A DNA stretch of 64,000 bases from Candidatus Foliamicus sp. (GTDB lineage Bacteria; Pseudomonadota; Gammaproteobacteria; Steroidobacterales; Foliamicaceae), in NCBI GenBank assembly GCA_965261845.1, contig OZ253475.1:284458-348457 (forward strand), written 5' to 3'. The position numbers and the translations under genes were made by a program. This document shows, piece by piece, positions 33,801 through 40,798 of this stretch (position 1 is the stretch's first letter; every line of letters starts with the position of its first letter). The notes beneath the pieces were generated by a model. That model searched no databases, had not been told where the DNA came from, and saw only the letters and a list, made by a program, of their open reading frames with translations.

Positions 33801-35144
33801 ATGCCACGCAAGCCAACCAGCCTATTCTCGCTGATTGCGTACTCCGGGCCGGCCATTCCGCTGGCGATGCTGGGCTTGCCTCTCATTCTTTACCTGCCGC
33901 CTTTCTATGCCGGCGAACTGGGCATGGACCTGGCGGCAGTGGGTATCGTATTCGCCCTGGCCCGCATGTGGGACGCGGTAATTGATCCGCTGATCGGCTA
34001 CTGGTCGGACAAGACCGGCGGACGATTCGGCCGTCGCAAGCCTTGGCTGGTGGCCGGTGCGCCATTGTGGATGCTTGGAGTGTATGCGCTGCTGAGCCCG
34101 CCCGAAGGCGTGAGCACCTTGTACCTGTGGTTTGCCGCCTTCGGCTTCTACGTGGCCTGGACCATGGTGCAGATTCCCTACCAGTCCTGGGGAGTGGAGC
34201 TGTCCCGGCAATACGAGGAACGCTCGCGCATCACGGGCATCCGGGAAACCGGCACCCTGGTGGGCGTGATACTGGCCACAGCCGCGCCGGTACTGGTGTT
34301 TTCCACCCCCAATCCTCCACTGCGCGACATTTTGTGGGTGTTCACCGTAGCCTTGCTGATACTGATACCGGCCACGGTGCTGATCACGTGCGTAGTGACC
34401 CCTGCGGTGCCGCCGATCGTGGCCAAGCGTCCCGGCCCCATGGTTTCCCTCCGGGTTCTGAGGCGCAACCGGCCGCTGTTGCGGGTGCTGATCGGTTCAT
34501 TCTGCATGACCCTGGCCGCCGGAGTGCTGAACTCGGGCTTGCTGTTCGTCTGGGCGGAGGCGCTCGAGTTGTCGCGCCTGGACTTTATGGTCTACGTGCT
34601 GGTCCAGTATGGCTTTGCAATCGTGGGAATGCCGTTGATGGTGTGGCTGGGCAACCGCATTGGGCGGCACCGCGTCCTGGCGATGGGCGGCGCAGGGTTT
34701 CTTGCGCTGCAACTGGTTCTGCTGGCGGTTACGCCCGGGGCCTTCGAGCAGGCGTTGGCCGTTGCGGTAGTGGGCGGGCTTATCACCAGCGTCATCTGGG
34801 TCATGCCGCCCGCGCTGGTGGGCGATACGGTCGAGTACGGCATGCTGAAGGGCGGGGGCGATCAGGCGGCGCTGTATATGGCGGCGCTGAACTTCGTAAC
34901 CAAGATGGCCTTTGCGGCAGGTGTTGGAATCTCATTGCCGCTGCTTGGAGCGCTCGGATTTGACGCCCAGGGAGGGAACAATCCCGATGCCTTGTTCGGG
35001 CTGAAGATGGTGGTGATCGTGTTGCCGCTCATACCGGGGCTGTTGGGGGCGGCCGTCCTGTTCAACCACAAGCTGACCGCCAGCGAGCACGCCGCGATCC
35101 GCAGGCGTCTGGCAGAGCGTGGCGTCGAAAGCGGTGCTGCCTGA
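33801..35144 (+). CDS. MFS transporter, glycoside-pentoside-hexuronide (GPH/MFS_2)-like
   Basis: 447 aa with about 12 hydrophobic segments. The N-terminal block ALARMWDAVIDPLIGYWSDKTGGRFGRRKPWL is typical for GPH-family symporters. Confidence 0.8.
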   Translation: MPRKPTSLFSLIAYSGPAIPLAMLGLPLILYLPPFYAGELGMDLAAVGIVFALARMWDAVIDPLIGYWSDKTGGRFGRRKPWLVAGAPLWMLGVYALLSPPEGVSTLYLWFAAFGFYVAWTMVQIPYQSWGVELSRQYEERSRITGIRETGTLVGVILATAAPVLVFSTPNPPLRDILWVFTVALLILIPATVLITCVVTPAVPPIVAKRPGPMVSLRVLRRNRPLLRVLIGSFCMTLAAGVLNSGLLFVWAEALELSRLDFMVYVLVQYGFAIVGMPLMVWLGNRIGRHRVLAMGGAGFLALQLVLLAVTPGAFEQALAVAVVGGLITSVIWVMPPALVGDTVEYGMLKGGGDQAALYMAALNFVTKMAFAAGVGISLPLLGALGFDAQGGNNPDALFGLKMVVIVLPLIPGLLGAAVLFNHKLTASEHAAIRRRLAERGVESGAA

Positions 35145-35220
35145 GTGATCGTGATGTCCATTCGGCGATTCGCTCGAAGCATGAGTTGCAGGACTTGGGA
35201 GTATTCACAGCGACCGCGCT

Positions 35221-35348
35221 ACGCTGACGCGCAAGGAACACGCTGCGAGTTTTCGCAGCGGGCGCCGCTGCGCTGGCGCGCAGGGAACACGCTGGGAACG
35301 AGGGCGTCCCGCCCTCGTGGAGGGCGGGGACGCCCTCGCTCCCAGGCT
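35221..35348. repeat. REP-like palindromic intergenic element, copy A (two adjacent GC-rich hairpins)
   Basis: GGGAACGAGGGCGTCCCGCCCTCGTGGAGGGCGGGGACGCCCTCGCTCCC contains the hairpins GAGGGCG-TCC-CGCCCTC and GAGGGCG-GGGA-CGCCCTC. The reverse complement of 35221-35348 aligns along its length with 56605-56716. Confidence 0.8.
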
Positions 35349-35354
35349 AGAGCT

Positions 35355-35819
35355 TTGGTGGCGCTTTGCGGTGCGCTGGTCCTTGCGGTTTCCTGCGAGA
35401 GTCCCGCACCGGGCGAAGAACAATTCCGGACCTGGGTCGAGGAACGCTACGCTCAGCCGTTCCGTGATGGCGAAACCGACCGCTGGGTCGAGGCGTTCGG
35501 CGACGATGCGGTGGGAATGCACCACACACTGCCTGCGCTGGAAGGGCGCGAGGCCATAAGAGATTTCGGGCGCATGGTGCATGAGACTTTCGTGATCGAC
35601 CGCTTTGATCTGACCGTTGAGGCAGTTCGCGTGGAGGGCGCCTGGGCGCTCACTCGCGGCATTTTTACCAGCCGTTTCCTGCCGCGTGACGCCTCTGAGT
35701 CGATTGCTCCCGGCGCAGAAACGCCCGCGACCGAGGGCAAGTTCATCCTGATCTGGGAGCGCCAGGACGATGGAGAATGGCGAATCGTGCTGGACATGGG
35801 CAACCTGAATTCGCCGTGA
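35355..35819 (+). CDS. NTF2-fold (SnoaL/DUF4440-like) lipoprotein
   Basis: TTG 35355 / GTG 35358 precede LVALCGALVLAVSC (lipobox LAVSC). The C-terminal KFILIWERQDDGEWRIVLDMGN is typical of DUF4440/SnoaL-like proteins. The upstream part of ORF 35145..35819 is just translated REP element. Confidence 0.6.
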   Translation: MVALCGALVLAVSCESPAPGEEQFRTWVEERYAQPFRDGETDRWVEAFGDDAVGMHHTLPALEGREAIRDFGRMVHETFVIDRFDLTVEAVRVEGAWALTRGIFTSRFLPRDASESIAPGAETPATEGKFILIWERQDDGEWRIVLDMGNLNSP

Positions 35820-36468
35820 TCCGAGGACGATTGCGACTGGCCGGCCTGGCGCTCTGCTTTTTTGCGGCGCCCACGGGCGCCGCAGCGCCGGAATCGGCAG
35901 GAGCCAGGATTTACTACGCTTGCGTTACCTGCCACGGTCAAAACGGTGAGGCTGACGAGGCTCGGCAAACTCCGGCGCTGGCGGTGTTGCCCGCCTGGTA
36001 TACAGCCGCGCAGCTTCGCGCCTACCGAGCCGGCTGGCGCGGCGCCGTGAACGAGGACTTCATCGCTCGCAAGATGACCCTTTTCGCAGAGGCCCTGGCT
36101 TCCGAACAGGCGCTGGAGGCGGTAGCCGAATACGCCGCCAGCCTTGGGGGTCAAGGAACTCTCCCGGAAGGGCAGATCAACAGGCCCCGATACCAGCGCC
36201 GCCGGACGCCGTCACGGCCCGTCATTTCGAAGGATGCGCGAGCTGCCATGGATTGAAAGGGGAGGGGATCGAGCCGCTGGGCGCGCCGCCGATCGCCGGT
36301 CAGCCGGCCTGGTACCTCAAGCGCCAGATGGAAGCGTTCTCAAGCGGCGATCGTGGCTCCCACCCGGACGACGCATTCGGCCGCCAGATGCGCGCCGCAC
36401 CCGTCCCTGCCAATCCCGGCCAACTCGCCGCCCTGATCGCTTACCTCTCCCGCCTCCCCCGGCCCTGA
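35816..36468 (+). pseudogene. Dihaem c-type cytochrome (c4-like) split by a frameshift between the two haem domains
   Basis: GTG 35816 (overlapping the previous stop) then a signal-like RLAGLALCFFAAPTGAAA. First CXXCH is CVTCH at 35921-35935, in a frame closed by TGA 36254-36256. Second CXXCH is CASCH at 36235-36249, in the frame of ORF 36253..36468 (…GAPPIAGQPAWYLKRQMEAFSSGDRG…). The frames must switch between about 36140 and 36230. Confidence 0.6.
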
Positions 36469-36480
36469 CCCGCGAGCGAG

Positions 36481-36560
36481 ACCTGGGAGGGAGGGATCCT
36501 GCCGCTCGCCGACGCGCAGGGAACACCCTGGGAACGAGGGCATCCTGCCCTCGTCGAGGA
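36481..36560. repeat. REP-like element, copy B, left part (interrupted by the IS)
   Basis: CGCGCAGGGAACACCCTGGGAACGAGGGCATCCTGCCCTCGTCGAGGA matches copy A up to the second hairpin stem, then the IS begins. Confidence 0.75.
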
Positions 36561-38520
36561 CTAGGCTGAACTTCCAGAGTGTGCCGCATTGAACTCGTTG
36601 ATTTTCGGGACAAATCGAGAGATACGGTGTGTCGCTACTGGGAACGTTCGAGCCGCACGCCGAGCAGTTTGAAGGCTTCGCGCTGTAGCGCGGTGGGCCG
36701 GGTGAGGACCTCGAACGGCTCGGCGCCGGGCACTTGGGGGACGACGCGGTTCTTGGCGATCGTCGCCAGGTCGCCGAGCAGGGTGCGGAAGCTGTGCACC
36801 GGCAGACCGTTCGCGGTGCGTTTGCTGCGGGCTTTTTCCCTGGCCGCTTCGGAGACCTTCGCAGGCGCCACGACGGACGCGCGCGCCGCCTCGGCGGCGG
36901 CCGGATCGTCGTCGTCGAACAGCAGCGGCTTGAGCCGCTCGCGCAGGTGCCATTCCACGTAGTAGGCCAGCATGCACAGAAACACGTGCGCGCGCACCCG
37001 GTTCGCGGCGTGGTGGAAGACCGGTCGAACCTTCAGGTCCACGGTCTTGAGGCTTCGGAAGGCGCGCTCGACCGCGCTCAGGCGCTTGTAGGCGCGCACG
37101 GCGCCCTCGGCGTCGAGTTGCGTCTTCGCCAGGCTGGTGCGCACGACGTACAAGCCGTCCAGCACCGCCTCGGCGGCGATGGACTCAGGCTTTCGCCGAT
37201 AGCCGAACGCGTCGTCCTGGATATCCAGATCGAAGTGCTTGGCCATCTTGTATTGGCCGACGACCTTGCCCACCCGCACGCCGATCTTGTCCGCACCCTT
37301 CAGGCGCCACTTGTCGCGCCGCGTGGCCGCGACGATGGGATCGAGCAACGCCTCGGTGGCTTGGAGCAGTTCGTCTCGCTTGCGCGCCCGCGCCTCGGCC
37401 AGCAGCGGATTGCGGCACACCATGAGGCGCTCGCCCGGATAGGTATCGCTTCGGATCTCCACCAGGTCGGTCTCATCAAACAGCGAGAGCTGCACGGCGC
37501 CGGATTCCACCAGCGAGCGCACCGCCGGACCCCGCAACGCGCTAATCCAGTCCAGCCCCGCCGGCTTCACGTCCTCGCGAATGCGCGCCTCGGTCAACAT
37601 CCCGCGGTCGCCCACCAACACCACCCTGGAGAACCCGAAGCGGTGCCTGAGCTTGTCGACCTGCGCGCCCACGGTGGCCGGATCCGCGGTGTTGCCGGCG
37701 AACACCTCCACCGCCACCGGCCGGCCCTCGGCGTCGCACAACAGCCCGAACTCGATCTGCACCTTGCCGCGCCGCCCGTCGCGGGAATACCCGCGCTTGG
37801 CCAGCGGGCAGCGGCGCCCTTCCATGTGGACCGACGTCAGGTCGTAGAACACCAGGGCGCCGTCCTTGAGATGGCGCTTGGCCAAGCGCCGCTCGATGGC
37901 GTGCTGGCGCTCGATGAGCCAGTCCATGGCGGCGTAGAGGTCGTCCTCGTCGATCTCCCCAAGTGCCAGCGTCTCGGCGAGCGAGTCGCGCGCGGTCGCC
38001 TCGGCCAAGCCCCGGGCGGTGGCCAGTTTCGAGCCGGGGTCCAGGATTCGGGCGACGATCATCGCCAGCACGCGTCGGCGCTCGGGCGAGTCCGCACCGG
38101 CGATCGCGCGCTCCACTCGCAGCTTGCGCAACGTGCCGAGCACGGCGGCGACATGACCGTGGGGTTTGGAGCGCACGATGTCGAAGGCCTCCTCGCGCCC
38201 TACCAGGGGCTCGTTCCTCAGCACCCGCCGCAGGGCATCGATTTTCTGCGGGGGCCACTTGGTGAGGTTGGCCAAGGTGCGTTTCTTGACTTTGCCGTTT
38301 TCGCGCCAGCCCTCGCGCAAGAGAATAGCGGGAGGCGATTTGCGGTTGGGGACCTTTTCGATATACATGGGAACGATGATAGTTCATGAATCTCTACACT
38401 GCAATACTATCAGATCACTATACATGGGAATACATGCGCGGCACTCGAACACACTATTCCCCACCGAGTCAATCACTTAAATCAATCCGGACGGTTAAAT
38501 CGAGGGGAACTTCAGACTAG
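36561..38520 (-). mobile_element. IS1634-like (IS4 superfamily) insertion sequence, about 1.96 kb
   Basis: Imperfect terminal IRs CTAGGCTGAACTTCC (36561-36575) and GGAACTTCAGACTAG (38506-38520), 13/15 matching. Single 577-aa transposase gene. Confidence 0.75.
36635..38368 (-). CDS. IS1634-family DDE transposase
   Basis: MYIEKVPNRKSPPAILLREGWRENGKVKKRTLANLTKWP N-terminus, VVLVGDRGM block, and C-terminal AYKRLSAVERAFRSLKTVDLKVRPVFH (IS4-type Y..R..E..F..K motif). Confidence 0.85.
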   Translation of the reverse strand: MYIEKVPNRKSPPAILLREGWRENGKVKKRTLANLTKWPPQKIDALRRVLRNEPLVGREEAFDIVRSKPHGHVAAVLGTLRKLRVERAIAGADSPERRRVLAMIVARILDPGSKLATARGLAEATARDSLAETLALGEIDEDDLYAAMDWLIERQHAIERRLAKRHLKDGALVFYDLTSVHMEGRRCPLAKRGYSRDGRRGKVQIEFGLLCDAEGRPVAVEVFAGNTADPATVGAQVDKLRHRFGFSRVVLVGDRGMLTEARIREDVKPAGLDWISALRGPAVRSLVESGAVQLSLFDETDLVEIRSDTYPGERLMVCRNPLLAEARARKRDELLQATEALLDPIVAATRRDKWRLKGADKIGVRVGKVVGQYKMAKHFDLDIQDDAFGYRRKPESIAAEAVLDGLYVVRTSLAKTQLDAEGAVRAYKRLSAVERAFRSLKTVDLKVRPVFHHAANRVRAHVFLCMLAYYVEWHLRERLKPLLFDDDDPAAAEAARASVVAPAKVSEAAREKARSKRTANGLPVHSFRTLLGDLATIAKNRVVPQVPGAEPFEVLTRPTALQREAFKLLGVRLERSQ

Positions 38521-38590
38521 AAGTCCTCGCTCCCGGCTTGTTCCACGCAAGGGAGGGCATCCTGCCCTCCGCCGAGGGCGGGCTCGGGCC
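38521..38590. repeat. REP-like element, copy B right part plus a further degenerate hairpin
   Basis: AAGTCCTCGCTCCC completes the second hairpin stem begun at 36553-36560 (CGAGGAC / GTCCTCG). This is followed by GGGAGGGCATCCTGCCCTCC GCCGAGGGCGGGCTCGG. Confidence 0.7.
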
Positions 38591-38599
38591 GTGTGTCTT

Positions 38600-38638
38600 A
38601 CCCTGAAATCTCGGCTACAGTCGCCGAGATTTCAGGGT
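38600..38638. other. Perfect 16-bp-stem hairpin (ACCCTGAAATCTCGGC / GCCGAGATTTCAGGGT, 7-nt loop) 79 nt downstream of the helicase stop
   Basis: Read directly: arms at 38600-38615 and 38623-38638 are exact reverse complements. No T-tract on either side. Confidence 0.6.
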
Positions 38639-38716
38639 GAAGCAGCTCTGAATATTGCTCGCTACGAGCACACAATAGATGCTTGAGTTTTCGTTACTAC
38701 GAGATGCGCAGGCCAC

Positions 38717-40798
38717 TCAAGAAAGTCGTCCGCTTAAGTCATCCAGGAATTCGGATGTGGGGTCAACACCAGTGACCAGCAGGTAGTCTCGCGCACGCGT
38801 GCAGGCCACGTAAAGCAAGTGGCGTTCAGTGTCGTAAACTTCCTGGAGATCCGCGTCGTCGGAGACGGATTCAATTCGTTCCTGGAGAGGTATCGTCTCA
38901 TCGTCGCAAGCCATGACTGCGACCGCTCTGAACTCCAGCCCTTTGACGAGATGCATCGTGCTTACGGACAACTGGCCGGCACTCTCCGCCAGCTGTTCGT
39001 CGAGCACTTTCCAGGGAAACCCAGACTGCTGAGCGGCGTCGGAGGCGCGGTCGACTTCCTTTTTTGAGCGCACAACAACGCAAGTCTCGTGGGGCGCGAC
39101 ACCGTCAGCTATTCGTTGTGCAATCCACGCACCGACTGCTTGGATCTCTTGCTCAATGCTCTCGAAAACGCGGATATCCGGTTTTGGACCATTGAACATC
39201 GACACCGTCCCACGGCGGCTTTCCACATTGCCGTCGACATCGGAGGTTTCCGGTTCCAACAGAAGATCGGCCTGCATCCTGATCTGGTGTGAAGTCCGAT
39301 AGTTGATCCGAAGCGTCTGCGAACGGCCTCGGACATCGACTCCGAGCGACTTCCAGGAGAATGGTGTCTGAAAAATGCGTTGCCCCAGGTCTCCCGCGAA
39401 GAAAAGAGCATTCGGCTGTTCGCTGCCTAGCGCTGCAAGGAACCGGAGTTGCGCGACACTGACATCCTGTGCTTCATCTACTATGGCGAAGTCGAATGGC
39501 GGGTTGCGGCGGGCCTGCATTTTCTCAGCAAGCACACTGAACATTTCTGATCGGGTTATCAATCCCCGCTCACGCAAGTGTCGCTTAACCTGCTCGAAGG
39601 ATTCCCACAACACCGCTCGGCGTTGTTCCGGAATTCCGGTCTTCCGACCCAACCGCTTGACGTTCCGATAGTCCTCCCATGACTGCAATTGCCAAGCGTC
39701 AACGACATGCTCCCATTCCCCAAGAAGAAATCGGGGGCTGAAACTCAACCCGTCACTTGCTTGAATTGCTTCGCTTAGCAATTCCTCAATGTGTTTTCTG
39801 GCGGCGATTTTTGGTCGCGCAACATGCGCTTCGTACAGACGCTGTCCAATCGTGTTTATCGCGTGAACCTCAAGGCGTTCAGCAAGGCGCGGTTCGTTGC
39901 CGATAAGCCGTCGCAACTTCTTTCTTAGCGCATTGGACAGCATGTCGGAAAACGTGGTCAGAAGCACTCGCGCATCCGGATTCTTCCGTGCCAAGTGGAC
40001 CGCGCGATGCAACGCAACTATCGTTTTCCCTGTGCCTGCTGAACCGGAGACCCGAGCCGAGCCTCCAAAGTCTTTCTCGACGACCGCGCGTTGTGCAGGA
40101 TGCAGAAAAACGGCCCACTTCTCCCAAGGGTAGTCCAAGGCTCGCGCCAACTCTTCGGAATCCGCCATAACGCGAAAGCGTCGCTGCGCGTCTGGATGCT
40201 CGAACGGGTCGGCGCCATCCACTGCTGCCGTTGGGATTCGTGGTTGTCCCCCAGTTGCCAGCTCCAGTAGCGCTTCAGCCGCCTCACTTGGAAGGTTTTC
40301 GGCCAGCACAAGCAACTCGTCTTCATCGGCCCTGCGCACGTCCTCCAGCCACTCGACTGGCACGCCAAAGCCGAGAAGTTCCTCCTCCGCCATATCCATG
40401 AACAGAGCGGGCTTAGCCGGCGTTGGGGCATCCCTGACCACGAATGCAGGGACCATGATCTCCTGAACGGTCTCACGTAATTCGACAAGCTGCGCAGCTC
40501 CGGTCTTGGGATGGGTCTTGAGTTTTCGCCGCTCCGCCCACTGATACGCTTTGTCGTGATGATCGACGTAACACAGCAACAGGCTGTTGACGCTGCGGTG
40601 AACGATGAGTCTGATGTCACGACTCACCCGTATCGACCAGAAGTTGGGATCTCGGACTCCGTCAAGCCTGTGAAATCGCATGCCCGGAGCGGCTGGATTT
40701 AGCTGCAGGTCAAATGCCTTTGTCTTTACGACCTTCTGCTCCCCGCCCGTCAATTTGGCGAGGCTGTTGGTAAACGTGTCGGCGATGCGGAAATGCAT
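38717..40798 (-). CDS. SF1 (UvrD/PcrA-like) helicase with a RelE/ParE-like N-terminal domain
   Basis: Helicase motifs GSAGTGKT (I), FAIVDEAQDVS (II), INYRTSHQI, TMHLVKGLEFRAVAV and LLYVACTRARD (VI). N-terminal ~110 aa: MHFRIADTFTNSLAKLTGGEQ...FWSIRVSRDIRLIVHRSVNSLLLCYVDHHDKAYQWAERR. ATG 40796-40798 shares one nt with the upstream TGA; TTG 40801 is the alternative start. Confidence 0.85.
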   Translation of the reverse strand: MHFRIADTFTNSLAKLTGGEQKVVKTKAFDLQLNPAAPGMRFHRLDGVRDPNFWSIRVSRDIRLIVHRSVNSLLLCYVDHHDKAYQWAERRKLKTHPKTGAAQLVELRETVQEIMVPAFVVRDAPTPAKPALFMDMAEEELLGFGVPVEWLEDVRRADEDELLVLAENLPSEAAEALLELATGGQPRIPTAAVDGADPFEHPDAQRRFRVMADSEELARALDYPWEKWAVFLHPAQRAVVEKDFGGSARVSGSAGTGKTIVALHRAVHLARKNPDARVLLTTFSDMLSNALRKKLRRLIGNEPRLAERLEVHAINTIGQRLYEAHVARPKIAARKHIEELLSEAIQASDGLSFSPRFLLGEWEHVVDAWQLQSWEDYRNVKRLGRKTGIPEQRRAVLWESFEQVKRHLRERGLITRSEMFSVLAEKMQARRNPPFDFAIVDEAQDVSVAQLRFLAALGSEQPNALFFAGDLGQRIFQTPFSWKSLGVDVRGRSQTLRINYRTSHQIRMQADLLLEPETSDVDGNVESRRGTVSMFNGPKPDIRVFESIEQEIQAVGAWIAQRIADGVAPHETCVVVRSKKEVDRASDAAQQSGFPWKVLDEQLAESAGQLSVSTMHLVKGLEFRAVAVMACDDETIPLQERIESVSDDADLQEVYDTERHLLYVACTRARDYLLVTGVDPTSEFLDDLSGRLS

